Source: Mobula hypostoma (lineage: Eukaryota). Taken from it: DNA of 64,000 nt. Location of the stretch: NCBI RefSeq assembly GCF_963921235.1, contig NC_086118.1:52948001-53012000 (forward strand), given 5' to 3'. The position numbers were made by a program, and so were the translations under genes. This document shows, piece after piece, positions 1-14,070 of the stretch (position 1 is its first letter; each line of letters opens with the position of its first letter). The notes under the pieces are model-generated. The model ran no database searches and was not told the origin of the DNA. It was given only the letters and a program-made list of their open reading frames with translations.

Positions 1-465
1 CCCCAGCTATAGGATGACTCATTATAGAGCCTAATGGCCAAGGGTAAGAATAACCCCATAAAGCGCTCTTTGAAGCAGCACAGTTGTCTTAGTCTATTAC
101 TAAAAGTGCTCCTCTGTTCAGCCAAGGTATGCAGAGGGTGAGAAACATCGCCCAGAATTGCCAGGATTTTCCATAGAGCCCTTTGTTCTACCACAGCCTC
201 CAGTGTCCAGACTGACTCCTATAATAGAGCCAGACTTTCTAATCACCCATGTTGATGCCATTGCCGCAGCATAGAAGACAGCAATGGCGACAACAGATTG
301 GTAAAGCATGCGAAGGAGAGGCCTACGTTTTCCAAAGAACCTCAGTCTCCTCAGGAAGTAAAGGCAATTCTGGCTCCTCTTGAACACAGCCTCTGTGTTG
401 GTGTTCCACTCATTTCTATCATTCAGGTGCACCCCCAGTTCACCCTCTGACAATTTATCCATCAG
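1..465 (-). mobile_element. Rex1-like LINE fragment
   Basis: LGVHLNDRNEW..NT..YFLRRLR remnant in ORF 118-462. Confidence 0.75.
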
Positions 466-3400
466 CTAGCTCACTAACATTCCTATGCAAAATACAAGAT
501 ACCCAGAACTCAATTGGCCACTAGTTTCCTCACAAACTTTCACTAGCACCAAATCACAATTGTTAACTTTTACTAAAACCCTCATCAAAATATTTTCAAA
601 TTATTGCAAGATTAGTACATCAATTGCCCAGATAGTGAACACCAGTCCTCACCAACCCTCGTCCCCATCTTGCATCACTGTCACCTGTTGCAACCATGTG
701 GCTCCTGATAACATACAAGTATCTTGCAATGACTAAGCTAATGACCTTCTGGAAGTTTGCACAAACTCCTGTTCCACCATTCACAAACTTCTAATCAACT
801 AATTAAAATTTAATAACAATGTCCTGATGAAGGGTCTTGGCGCAAATGTCAACTGTTTATTCCATTTCGTATGGATCTGGGCCATACCGTCCAAATATCA
901 GAACCTGCCTCTCGGTTTTTTTGCACTACCTTACTTTCCCTTTTCTATTTTCTATTTATGATTTATAATTAAAATTTTTAATATTTACTATTGATTTGTA
1001 CTGCAGGGAGTACGAAGAGCAGAATCAAATATCGCTGTGATGATTGTACGCTCTCGTATCAATTGTTTGGCGACAGTAAAGTATAAAAGTATAAAGTAGA
1101 TGCTGCCTGACCTACTGAGTTCCTCCAGTATTTTGTGTGTCGCTCTGGATTTCCAGTATCTGCAGAATCTCTTGAGTTGTTAATAAAAATGTAATAACTT
1201 TTAAAATATATAAATTGTTTTGTTTTAACTAAAAAATAGTTTGAAACTGAACTCCATCACTCAAGTCTATTTAAATGATAATGCCAGGGTAAGTGTGCTA
1301 GATGTAGTTGACGCATGTTAAAACCAGATACAAGATACCCTCAACTCAATAATGTGGATGACCCTATTTACGTGAGGTGTATCCACATGGCTTAAGTGAA
1401 AAAAAAACTTGTTTCAGTCAACAAGTGAGAGTTACTTATCTACCATAAACAACTGTACCAATTTTATGTGCCTGTACAGCCACAATTTCCCTGGTCTCTG
1501 TTTCACTATCTGATTTATAAAGCTTAAATGGTCTCAATGAATTTCGCAGCTGATGAAATGAGTGAAAAATGGATTCTCTTGCTCTAATCCCTGAATTGAT
1601 GATACTACTGGTAAAGAAACATAGGCAGCGATGGTCAACTTTAAAAATTGTGCTATTATTGGCTGGATTAGTAGTACTAGGGAAAACAACAAAAATAAAA
1701 GCAACTGCCCCAAACTAACCAAAAATGTCCAGTTTGACAATAACTGAGAAAACACATCAGAATCAAATTTATTTTTAAAAAAACAGTAAATAAAGGTGGG
1801 CATATATTTAACATGGTTTATTTTCTCTCATTTCCAGTTCCTTGAACCACTAAACCATAAACTATACTTACCACAGGGAAAATTTAGATGGGATGTGGTG
1901 AATATTTACTGAAACAATAGGAAGACGGGTAAAACAGGCAACCAAACTTTAGAATGGCTTTAAATTCTCTTCCAGCCTTGATATTGTTAACAGAGCACAG
2001 AAAGAGATCTTCCTCAACTATCCGTGTGATCAACAAATCATACCTTTCTTTTAAAGAAAGTCAATTTCTTCTGCTAAAAGTAAATATTGAGCAAAAAGCG
2101 TATTTGCTAAATATTTCTTTTCCCATATTCTGTATATGTAAGATGACTGTCATCACCTGATCAGTTTCAAAATTCTGCACTTATAACTTAAAATTGAGGT
2201 TCTGATGTTTCTGCCATTCATTCCTTGAGGTTTTTTTCTGTTTCGTGGATGTCTGTGAAGAGTAAGAATTTCGGGTTGTATACATTCTCTGATATTAAAT
2301 TGAACCATTGAAGTTGACAGCAAGCTGTACAAGCTTACATAAAACTCCAAAAATGAAGGTTGCAATCAATATAATTTTTCCTGAGGACCAGAATATTTAC
2401 CAAAATTAAATCAATTCAAACATTCACCAAGTTTTGAAGTTTGTTAATTATCTTGATACTATGATTACATTTGAGACAGTACTCAAACACATTTTTCAGA
2501 TTTTATTTTATAAAGTTGTAATTTTTCAAAACGTAAATATCACTAAAAAGAGAAATGTTTATTGGAGGACATTGTAATAAATATGGACAAAAGATTTAAG
2601 ATAGTCTTAGTGAATGGCACTGAATAGGATAGATGACTTTTATCATCAGGCCATCAGGAAGGAGGTACAGAAGCCAGAAGGCATATACTGAACGATTCAG
2701 GAACAGCTTCTTCCCCTGCCATCCGATTTCTGAATGGACAGTGAACCCACAAACACTACCTCATGACTTTTTTAAAAATTTCCTTTCTTTTTGCACCAAT
2801 TATCCCTCAAATCACAAATAGTATCAATGTGTAATCCACTCCACAGTAGCAGTGCTCAGTACCTCGTCTGAATAATTAGAGTGTGAAGGGCATTGCAAAT
2901 GAGGCAATCATAATGCCTACCATCTTAATATAGGCATCTTCACAGTTGGTTATACAAAAGTGAAGTGGTAACCTTGTTAATTTTATACATCCCAAACTAA
3001 GCAATGGTAAACTAGTACCACCTTATTAAACTCTTTTTTTAAACTCTCTTCTCTCACCAATTCCCTCTAGTTGTTACTTTTACTGAAACGTCTATCCTTT
3101 TCTGAGTTATGTTCATCAGCACCAAGCATCATCCAATCACATTAATTATCCATGCTATATGACCAAGTCTGGACAAAGGTCAAGAGCCTTCACCATATTG
3201 TCCCATAACCACCCAATATGCAAACGTATATTTTCCAAATGAACAGCAATTAGAAGCAAAAGTCCAGAAATTTTCCAGTTAATTACAGTTCACATAAAAA
3301 TTTCTTGGTTGAGATCAGTTAATTCACAAAGACAAACCATGGCATTTCCCACTATATGCCCACATTTCTGTCAGCATCACTTCCAAGAGACAAGTGAAAG

Positions 3401-5060
3401 CTTAGCGGAATATCTTTTTTTCCTTTAGATGTACAGAATATCGAGACATCCTAAAACTACTCTACTAAAGTATCTCGCCTAAGTAATGGTAACATTTTTT
3501 GCCCAAAGTGGAAGGTCATGAGTTCAAGACACACTCTAGAGTCTTAAACTCAATCTCATCTGGCACTTCAATGCAGTACTGATAGAGTGATACATTGTCA
3601 GGGATACCTTCAATTAACTTGGTCAAACTAATGTTCTGCATGCCTTCGCAAGTAGATTTAATGATCCAGTGATGTACACTGAACAAAAGCAGGTGACTTA
3701 TCCTGGTTTCATGGCATCAATACACATAACCAAAAACAAATTATTTGGTTATTTATCTGCCTTTGCTGTACAAGAGCTGGCTGTTGCATTTCCCAAGATT
3801 ACACTTTGATTACATTTCAAAAGTACTCTATTGGCTGTGAGACACCTTGAAATACTTGAAGGCCATGAAAGACACCACAAAGTGCAGTAAAAACAGTTGG
3901 TGCAAAGCATTACTCAAATTGAAAGTGAAAGACCAAACAATCTGTGTTTGGTAGCATTGGTTGGAAAAGAATGTTGCCAACAGCACAAGTGCTTCGTCCT
4001 CTGGAATTAGTACTGTGGAAGCTTTTGAACAACCCAGGCTGCCACACAAGGTTTTGGTTTAAAAATATCATCCAAAAAACAGAACCCCTTAACAACACTT
4101 CTTCCTTGTACACTTTTTAATGCAGTACAAGTCGTACCAGATCTTGAACCCACAACTTTCTGAAAGACAGCACTACTTCTGAGCCAAGCTGGCATACAGC
4201 AAAAGTAATGAAGTACTCTTAGAAGCATAAGTATACATTTTAATCCCAGAGATTCTTTTAAAATTTGGATTTTTAAAAATATTTTATAATTTCCTCTTTC
4301 GCACCATTATCCAACCCACTGTTCTTGCCATAATACAACAAAACTAGGATGTGGCTATTTTAGTATAAATATTCCAGAAACTAAGTTCCAGACTGAAATA
4401 ATGCAATCATCTTTTCATTCCAAATGTAGAAAGATATAGAACAAAAAATATAAACAATGTGCAGTAACAACACAAGGCAACAAAAATAATCTTTGATTTG
4501 GTGCCAAATGTCTTTCAGCTCAGAATATAAATACAACTGGTTTAATAAAATCCAATGAACTAATGGTGGCACACTCACTTCCAATTATATACATTCCATT
4601 TGCCAGGAAAAAGATTAAGGTCATTTGAAAACCATCCTCATTTCTACCCTGTTTCAGAAACAGTTTCAACACGGAGTTCACTGGGCCAAACCCAAGCACT
4701 GAAATCCATATTATTAAAACAGGTAATTCGTGATTATCAAACTGTCTGAAGACACCTTTCTCCCCAACTCTTTATGCATACACACGAAGATAAATCAAAA
4801 TGATCAATTAATTCCGAAAACAGAAAATGAGGAATCACCAACAAATTCTTGGTCAAGTTCAAATACATGATTTAAAATAACCCGACTTATTCTGCCTGAC
4901 CAAAAATAAAGAAAACACTCCCACAAACAAGCTCTCCATTCACAAATAATAAAAAGAGGGAAAAAAAAGGAAGGATCCATTTAAAGAAGCACCAGACCTT
5001 ATGGTACGTATTCTGTGTGTGGTGTGCCCGTGTCTGTGTGGCATTCTCACAGCTCCCTAC

Positions 5061-5112
5061 CTGTTAGACGTAACTTGACTGGCCCGTTCCTCCTGGCCCC
5101 TTGGTTGGACAT
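5061..5112 (-). CDS. SMURF2: SMURF2 E3 ubiquitin ligase, coding part of exon 1 (gene continues beyond the left edge)
   Basis: Minus strand reads ATG TCC AAC CAA GGG GCC AGG AGG AAC GGG CCA GTC AAG TTA CGT CTA ACA G|GTAGGG = MSNQGARRNGPVKLRLT, matching the recalled SMURF2 N-terminus (MSNPGGRRNGPVKLRLT). It is 52 nt with a phase-1 donor. Adjacency to KPNA2 fits the known gene order. Confidence 0.93.
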
Positions 5113-6250
5113 GTTCCCGAGTGGTTTTGATTGTTTTTGTAAAGTTTAATAGCCACTGCTGGTGCCTGAGCGCAGGCGGCCGCCTCTGCCCCCTTCCCCC
5201 GAGCGAACAATGATGGCCTCCTCGAGCCCGATGGCCCGGATGTGCATAGCACTCACTCCACAACCGACGGCCGGAGGGGAGGGGGGAAAACTACACCAAA
5301 ATTAAAACAAAACACACACCGTTTACCTCATGAAATTAAAAATACGCAACTTTTCTATTCAAATCCGCCGAAAAAATATTTTTTTTTTACTTTTCTTCTC
5401 CGGGTATATCCTTCCCCCCACCCCCGTCCCCTTCCCCAACACACACCGTCTCGAAATCAATGGAAACAGACTTCTTTCCCTTCTCTCCACATCTTCGATC
5501 ACACCTCGGGACAAATGTCTCTTCTCGGAGCGCTCGGATTAGACGTTATTATCACTGCTTCGCACAGCAAGTCGAGTGCGGCTCGGTTTTCTTCCTTGTT
5601 GCCGTGAGTATTATCCACCCCCACGCAGAAGATCCATACGCAGAAAAGAAATGAAGATAAGGAAGGGATTTTTTTCTCACCGCGGCCGGTCAGAGAGAGA
5701 GAGAGAAAAAAAGTTGTCGGCGGTGATATTTCTTTGAGGCAGAAACACGACTTTTCCCGTTCCTTTTCCTCGGTACAAGTCCTGGTCTCGGGGCTACTTG
5801 ACTGAAGCCCCGAGCAGCGCACTTGCTGACATCACCCTCCTGTTCCCTCCCTCCCTCCTGCCGACAGTCTGCAGCTCCTCCTGCTTGAGTCACCGACACA
5901 AGGCACCAGCACCAAAAACTTCGCTGGCTCCCTAAACATCGTCGGCTCCCTCCTTCCTCCAAAGTCTAAACCAAAAGTATGGGCCTTTAAGGTCACGGAA
6001 CGAGCCTCCGCGGTCCGTCAAGGTTCCAGTAGAGAAAACTCTTCAGTTCCTTTCCCTACAGCCAAATTATTCTCGTAAGTACTCGTGCTCCCCCCCCCCC
6101 CGGTTGAATGGCTATTTCCACCACACATACAGTGAATTCCCGATCGTAATTATACTCCGGTTCGACATTTTCCTCAGATCTCCCTTTTATCTTTTGTTCG
6201 CGTCTGTGCACGGTGATCGTGAACCATCGAGACACCTCCTGATCTTCTCC
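5113..6250 (-). promoter_or_regulatory. SMURF2 5' UTR / CpG-rich promoter region
   Basis: CpG-rich, repeat-free stretch directly upstream of the SMURF2 ATG. The TSS cannot be determined from sequence alone. Confidence 0.65.
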
Positions 6251-8024
6251 GTCGAAACCATTTATGTGTTCGTAAATTTTATTGTGCAGATATTTATAAG
6301 CTGTTGCTTTAAATAAATTTTAGAAATAAAGTAAGTTGATTAGAGTACAAGTTCTGTGATGGATCCCGTTCCACATGTCCCTGACCACTTTACATCTAGT
6401 GTAAATTTTTTGAAGACTGGTCATTGCAGTAATAAAGGAAATAAAGCTATCACTTTACACACATTGAGCACCCTCAAACAGCAATATGATGGTAACTAAA
6501 TGACCTGATCTTGTTAAATGTTGATTGGTAGAGTAAATATGGGGATTGATCATTTCAGTCGTTTTCAGAATAATACCAGGGGACCAGGGTGAGCAGATGA
6601 AGTGGCCTATGGGACTATTAACGCTGAGCAACACAGTCACCCAGGACACCCAACACAGACACCCGGAGGACCTATTTCAATGCTGTAAGGCTATGAATTT
6701 ATGAGGCCCTGGAAGATAAACCGAGCTTCTTATCGCTACAGAAACCTGGATTTTTGAGCTAAAGTCTCTGGAGTGGAAGTTGAACTCACAACCTTCCGAC
6801 TCAGAGGCTACAGCATGACTAACAGCTGACAGAAACCCTTTTAGCCTATCATACCTATGCCAGTTCTTTGAAAGTGATCCCAGTCCACATTCTGTCCCAT
6901 AACCATTATTTCCCTTTAAGATATTTATCTTTTTTTAAAAATATTATTACTACATTTGCTTTCGCCGCCCTTTTCAACAATGGATTCCAGATCTAGTAAT
7001 TCGTGAGGTATTTTAAAAATGTAATTATGCCTTCTCTTGTTCTTTTGCCAGTCACTTAAATCACTTGTATCTCTAGTTGGCAATCTGTATATCACTAGAA
7101 AGAAATATTTACACTGTCTACTCAAAAGTGTAACTTGGTATTGTACTAAATTACCTTAAATTATATTGAAGATCATGTATATTACTGCAAATTTATTTAT
7201 CTGATTGACAGAAAGTTACTTTATAGTCAGTTAATACTGATAATTGAGAACAACTATAATAAAGAACAGTAGAATAGAAAATAAGTTACTGTGGTTTCAG
7301 ATATTGCTTTTTTATAATTTATTCATTTGTGAATGTCACGGGAAAAGACAGTATTTATTCCCATTTACCCTGAACCGACTTCTTGATTATAGCAATTCTA
7401 ATAGTTAAGGGAATGTTTAAAAGGAGATGTGGGGACATGTTGTTACACATGTGGGGACTGTGGTTGGTGCTAAACTGCACCGGTGTGCAGCCACACAATA
7501 ACTGAAAAGCTCCTGCGCACATACCCTTTGTTGCCATGCAGTTTTTGGGCCGTCTAAAAATTTCCTGCTCGGAGCAATGATTGGTCCGCGCAGGTGTAAA
7601 AACAATTAGAGGGAACATTATGAAACACCCTGCCGGCGGTGCTATTGGAAGAAGACATAATAGTGGAGTTTAAGAGGTGTTTAGACAAACACATGAACGT
7701 GCAGGAAATAGAAGACATCAATCATGTGTAGGCAGATGGAATCAGTTTAATTTGCATCACAGTCGGCCCAGACATCATGGACCGAAGTCTGTACCGACCA
7801 TGAAGTAAACATCCTGTGATGTATGGTTCTATGTTTAGATGTAGCTTCAATAAAAGAATAAAGATTATTTCTAAGTCGGGGTGTTGTGCAATTGGGGAGG
7901 GGGGGAACCTGGAGGTGATGGTGTTCCCATGCCATCAAAGCCCTTCTTCTTTATGCTGGTTAGAAGTGCGGGTTTGGAAGATGCTGTCAAAGTCACAACG
8001 ACAAATCATAAACACGTGAGATTC

Positions 8025-8460
8025 CACAGGTTCTGGAAATCTTAAGTAAAACACACACAATTTTGGAAGAACTCAGCAATTCAGGCAGCTTCTATGGAGG
8101 GGAATAAACAGTCGATGTTTTCAGGCTGAGCGCCTTCATTGGGTCTGGAAAGGAAGGGGGAGAAAGCCTAAATAAGAAGGTGGGAGGGGGTGTACAAGCT
8201 GGCAGGTGATAGTTGAGACCAGGTGAGGGTGCAGGTGGGTGGGGGGGGGATGAAGTAAGAAGCTGAAAGGTGATAGGTAGAAGAGGCAAGGGCTTAAAGA
8301 AGAAAGGGTCTTAGAGGAGAGGACAGTGGTTCATGGATAAAAGGGAAGGAGGAGGAGCACCAGAGGGAGGTAATGGGCAGGAGAGGAGAGGAGAAGGGGT
8401 GAAAGAGGAACTAGAATGGGGGATGGAAAAGGGGAGGAGAGATAAATTATCAGAAGTTAG
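8025..8460 (-). mobile_element. Penelope-derived 3' fragment
   Basis: Terminal-repeat core plus a purine-rich tract resembling 32359-32800. Confidence 0.7.
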
Positions 8461-11224
8461 AGGAATCACTACAGTACATTTTGTAGACAGTACACGCTGC
8501 AACCACTCTATGCTGCTAGTGAAGGAAATTAATATCTAGGGTTGTGGCATGGGACACTAATGGAGTGAAATTCTTTATTCTGATTCCATCAAGCTTCTTG
8601 GAACAGCATTTATTGCAACCAATAGGAGTATTCCATCACATACCTGAGTTGTAGACAATGGGAACTCTTTGGGTTGTCAGGAAGTGGGTCACCTATAACA
8701 GGTTGTCCAGACTTTTGCCTGCTCTTATAAAATTTAGGCAGCTAGTCAGTTGAGTTTCTGGCTAACGACCTCTTCCAACATGTTGATGGTCAGGTCTCGA
8801 TGATGATGCCAATGAAGTGGTTAGCGATGTCATTGAATGTCAAGAGTAAGTCGTTAGATTCTGTTATGTTGGAGGTGGCCACTGACTGGCATTTCTTTGG
8901 CACACTATTGTTTACCATTTATTAGCTTATCTTGAATTTTATCCAGCTCTTGCTACGTATAGGTATGAGTTGCTTCATTTGCTGTGGACATCCAGGCCCT
9001 CCCCTCCACAGAGCACATTTACATGGAGTGCTGCCACGAGGACCCCCATCATCCAGATATGCTCTCTTCTCATTGCAGCCATTGAGAAGAAGCCTTAGGT
9101 CCCCACTATCAGTTTCGGGAACAGTTATTACCCCTCAACCATCAGACTCCTGAACTGTGAATAACTTCGCTCACTTCAACTCTGAACTGATTCTACAACT
9201 TACAGACTCACTTTTAAGGACTCTACAACTCAAGTTCTCAGAATTAATAAACATTTATCTGTTTATTTGTTTGTTTGTATATGTTACCTTTCTTCCACAC
9301 AAATTGTCTTCTTTTGCATATTGGTTATTTATCAGTCTTTGGATATAGCTTTTTGTAAATTCTATTGTATTTCTTTATTTTCCTGCAAATGCCTGCAAGC
9401 ACAATGAATCTCAGGGTAGTGTATGGTAACATGTACATACATTGATAATAAAGTTTACATTGGAATACAAATGGAATTGAATATTATGCAATCATATTTC
9501 ACATTTCCTTACCACATTGGAGAACATAAGTCTATGGCAGCTCTCAAAGCAATCCGATCATTTCTATCCCCACATTTAATTCCCTGTAATCTTTTCTCTT
9601 ACATGCCCATTAACTCCACCCTGATTCATCCACTAACCACCTACACTTATAATTTTCAATATTTACAGTAACTCATAGTAGCCCATTAACCTGAGGATGT
9701 GGGAGGAATCTGGGGAATTTAGCAGAACAAGGAAACTCCATTCATAGCACGTAGCACCAGAGGTCAGAATTGATTCAGCCTTGCCACCACTCCTGACCAA
9801 CAAGGTCAAGAATTCCAAATCCCAACTGACAGAAAAATAACATGTCCTTGGGAGAAGACAGAATCCCAAGCAAAATATGAGACACTGTTCTTTCAATTTG
9901 CATTTAGTGTTTCCATAGCCATGGAGAAGACTGAGGCCAGATGGGATGGTGTGGGAGTGGAAGTACGAAGTAAAATTAAAGTACCATGTTCCCAGGAGCT
10001 TGAAATGGTAAGACCATAGGTGTTCCATAAAACAGCCATCTCTTCTACATTGGTGAAACCAAGCACAGACTACATTTTGCTCGGGTAGCTTCCATTTTAG
10101 GGTGAGCCACACTCCCTGGTGTTTTCCTTCCACAAACTCACTTTATTTAGTTTTCTGTTCCTTTTGTTCATCTTTCCCACCTTCCCCTTGCACCTGTCTA
10201 TCATCCCCTGACCATTCTACATCATCTATAAGCCTCTATCCCACACTTCTTCCCCAATCTGCTTCTACTGCTATGTATTTGTGATCTTCACTCCTCCCTC
10301 TCAGTCCTGCTGCAGTGTCTCAACCCAAAAGTTTGACTTAAACACAGATGGTGATTGACTCACTGACTTGCCAATCTGCTCAGTTCTGAGCTCTAACATG
10401 AAGAGATTACCAAGTGGACAGAGAAAAAAAAGATTCAAAAATGTGTTCAAGGCTTCCTTGAAGGAATAGATCATCCTCAGTGATTCCTGGAAATAATTGA
10501 CTGAATCTCTGCCTCATTATCACTGAAAGTGAAGAAGGAACAGTCACATACTACCTGCCCACATGCTCACCCAAGCAGCATTCTGTTGTCCCATCTACAA
10601 ACGTTTGTAGGAAAATGTGCAGTTCTTCAATTGGCTTTAGAACCTGTTCACGTAAATCACATAAACTCAGCAGGTCTGGCAGCATCTATGGACTGGAATA
10701 AACAATCATGTTTTGCGCCAAGACCCTTCTCCAGAACTTAATTATTTATCCTTGTGGATAAAGAAGTAGTAGGTTAACCTTAATCACAAGGAACTGCCTA
10801 AAAATTCCAAAATACATACAACAGTTATTTTGTGATGGCTGAAACTTTATGTACAATTTTACTTTAAGGTAAAATACTTAAGGCTAGTATATAAATTGTT
10901 GTGTTGAAGATTGCTTGACTCGGGTATAAGTCAGTAAAATGTTGAGGCTATTAAACAAATCATGTTAAATGTCATGTTCATGTTCATATTGGTATATATT
11001 TAGTCATCAGTGTTTTTCTGTAAAAGTCTGAAGTAATTTACCTTTTCAAGGCTGATGGCAACTTAGAATTATTACTTTGTAGCAAGAAGTTCCAGTGATG
11101 TAGCATTGATAGTAAAGTGGCTAACTGGTCAAACAACATTCTCAAGGCAAGTTTACAACGAACTCTCTGGAAGAAATTCACAGAATAAAATCAGGAATCT
11201 TCTAATTTATCAGACTTATCTGTT

Positions 11225-11975
11225 ACACACACAAAAAACTGGACGAACTCAGCAGGCCAGGTAGCATCTATGGAAAAGAGTATATAGTTAGTGTTTTGAG
11301 CTGAGACTGGACATCAGGTCTGGGAAAAAAAGATGAGGCGTCAGAGTAAGAAAGTGGTGGGAGAGGAGGAAGAACCTCAAGATGTTAGGTGAAACTGAGG
11401 GAGGGGGAGGGTAAAGTAAAGAGCTGGGAAGTTGATTGGTGAAAGAGATACAGGGCTGGAAAAGGGGGAATCTGATAGGAGAGGACAGAAGGCCATGGAA
11501 ATTAGAAAAAAGGGAGGAGCACCTGAGGGAGGTGATAAGGAGAGAGAGGAAAATGGGAATGGGGAATGGTGAAGGAGGTGGGGTGGACATTACCAGAAAT
11601 TCGAGAATGACGCACCCCCCTTCACCATTCCCCACTCCCATTTCCCTCTTTCACCTTATCACCTGCCTCCGGTGCTACTCCCCCTTTTCTTTCTTTCATG
11701 GCCCTCTGACCTCTCCTACAAGATTCCCCCTTCTCCAGCCCTATACCTCTTTCACCAATCAACTTCCCAGCTGTTTACTTCACCCTTCTCCCCCTCCCGG
11801 TTTCACCTATCACCTTGTGGTTCTTCCTCCCCTTCTCCCACTTTCTTACTTCGACTCATCCCCAAAACGTCGACTGTACTTTTTTCCATAGATTCTGTCT
11901 GGCCTGCTGAGTTCCTCCCGCATTTGTGTGTATAGCTTGGATTTCCAACATCTGCAGATTTTTTCTTGTTTGAGA
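11225..11975. mobile_element. Inverted pair of Penelope 3' ends (long palindrome)
   Basis: A purine-rich arm (11225-11608) is followed by its pyrimidine-rich reverse complement. Both arms carry the terminal-repeat core. Confidence 0.8.
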
Positions 11976-12549
11976 TTTATGTGACTAAGTTTTGAATTTT
12001 TTTGTAACTTTTGTATTTTTTTGTTGTAAAATAGTGAAATGACACATATCTTTGGATAGCTAAGACTGAAATAAGAGAAAGGTCTTTTTAGGAGTGATTA
12101 ATTATTACTCAGAGTCCTTGAGAAAATGTTAATAATTGCAAGTACATTTTTATGTGTTAAATCACTGTCTTAATATTTAGAAATAAAACTTCTCTTAAGA
12201 TTTTATGAAACTAGAGTTCAATAGTCAATGTCTATGGGGCACAAATTTATAAACACCAGAAAGGACATGGATTAATTCCTTAGTTTGCAGCAATTTAACA
12301 TTTCAGCCACAAATAGGAAATGCTGCTCAGAGAGTTTAAACTGGTTTAAGGAAAAAAATCTTTTACTTTGATCCAGAAACCTATTTGGGATAATGTGCAT
12401 GGATGCACAGATTTTGTGTGAGGATGGAATCAGGCAAAGCTGTGATCTCCTCAGCATTATAAAAGCCACCTAAACTAAATATTGCAGATTAACATGTAAA
12501 ATTTCCAGTCTGGGTCTGACAAGTTTGTCCTATATGAAATAGATTAGTA

Positions 12550-12703
12550 CAGGTCGAACTTCACTAATCCGACTACCTGTAATCTGGTTCGTTCGATAAT
12601 CTAGCACTGATTATGCTTAATGTGGTCCTTCTGTAATTCGGCATTTTCACTAACCTGGCGCTCCTCAGGTTCCAATGGTGCCGGATCTGTGAAGGTCGAC
12701 CTG
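12550..12703. mobile_element. Tigger/pogo-type MITE
   Basis: TIR CAGGTCGA(A/C)CTTCAC with TA on both sides. Confidence 0.85.
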
Positions 12704-12728
12704 TATTTTGAAATAAAGTGTTTTCATT

Positions 12729-13122
12729 CAGTATTGTGCAAAAGTCTTAGGCACCCAAGTTATATTTTTTCAGGTGGTATGGCATCCACAGAGCCCTGAT
12801 CTCAACATCACTGTGGCTGTCTACGATTACCTGAAGAGATAGAAGCAAGTGTGACAGACAAAGTTTGCAACCAATTCTCCAAGATGCTTAGAACAACCTA
12901 ATAGCCAATATTCTTATAAAACTACATGACAGTGTACCTAAGATGCAGTTTTAAAAGCAAAAGATGGTCACACCAAATATTGATTTGATTTAGTTTTTTC
13001 TCCTGTTTACTGGTCTTTATAGCAAATTTTTGATATTTATGAACTTTTAATTTCATTCATTTTGAAAGTGTCTTTGCCTGACCAATCTTTTTACATGTGC
13101 CTAAGACTTTTGCACAGTACTG
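12729..13122 (+). mobile_element. Tc1-type non-autonomous transposon
   Basis: TIR CAGTA(T/C)TGTGCAAAAGTCTTAGGCAC at both ends; transposase remnant WHPQSPDLNI. Confidence 0.85.
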
Positions 13123-13629
13123 TAATTTTATTGATATTTAAAAACTACATTAAAAGTTTCTTTGTAGTATAGTGAAGAAAAATATCTAACTTATACTCAC
13201 TCAACAGCCAATTAATTCCTTTGTAAGTACAGAAACACAATTTACATTACAATGTTATGCCTTTCCTCATTTATTCATGATCTAAAAATAGGTTTTGGAA
13301 ATATAGCATGGAGATTTTCAGAAGATATTAAAATTTGTGTGCGTGCCAAGGCTATAGATGATTCTCAACTACTTCAAGTACATCTTGATACACTGGGGTA
13401 CTTGATTCATGACACGCAAATTATGTTTAATTTGGAAAATGTTATGCATGGGGCTGAGTAAACAGTGAACATAAATATTTCAGGGAAAAGGGAAGTGGAG
13501 GAAGAAGATGAAATGGGTAAAGTAGAGTATAAATAATATTTTAGTATCAATTAAAATATACCATTTTGTTCGAAGAGCTTGGTCAGCGGTTGTTAGAATT
13601 TTGTGCCTCCTCACTTTTAATTTCTTCAC

Positions 13630-13900
13630 ATAGAGCACAAGTAGTGTAGCAGTTAGTGTGATGCTATTACAGCTTGGGGTGCCAGAGTTCAGTTCCAGCA
13701 TACTCCCTGTGACCATGTGGTTTTACACCCGGTTGCTCCAGTTTCCTCCCACAGTCCAAATACATACTGGTTAGTCTGTTAATTGGTCATTGTAAATTGT
13801 ACTGTGAAAAGGCTAGTGTTAAATATAGGTGGGTTGTTGGGCAGTGTGACTTACTGGGCCAGTAGGTCCTGTTCCACACTGTATCTCTAAATAAATAAAT
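13630..13900 (+). mobile_element. V-SINE (HE1-like); further copies at ~16728-17085, 29740-29940 (-), 31860-32090 and 41840-42080
   Basis: tRNA-like head plus the V-domain motif GCTCCGGTTTCCTCCCACA. Confidence 0.78.
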
Positions 13901-14070
13901 GAATACTGATTGAACATAGAACACTACAGCACAGTACAGACTCTTTGGCCCAAAATGTTGTGCTAACCTTTTAATCTACTCTTAAGATTATTCTAACCAA
14001 TACTTGCTACACAGCCCTTTCTTTTCTATCATCCATGTGCCCATCTAAGAGTTTCGTAAATGTTCCTAAT

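Noticed and set aside
5057-5263. ORF-track proteins over the SMURF2 5' end
   Set aside because: Wrong frames; the real coding segment is 5061-5112.
11436-11891. 151-aa ORF
   Set aside because: A low-complexity read-through of an inverted Penelope-derived repeat.
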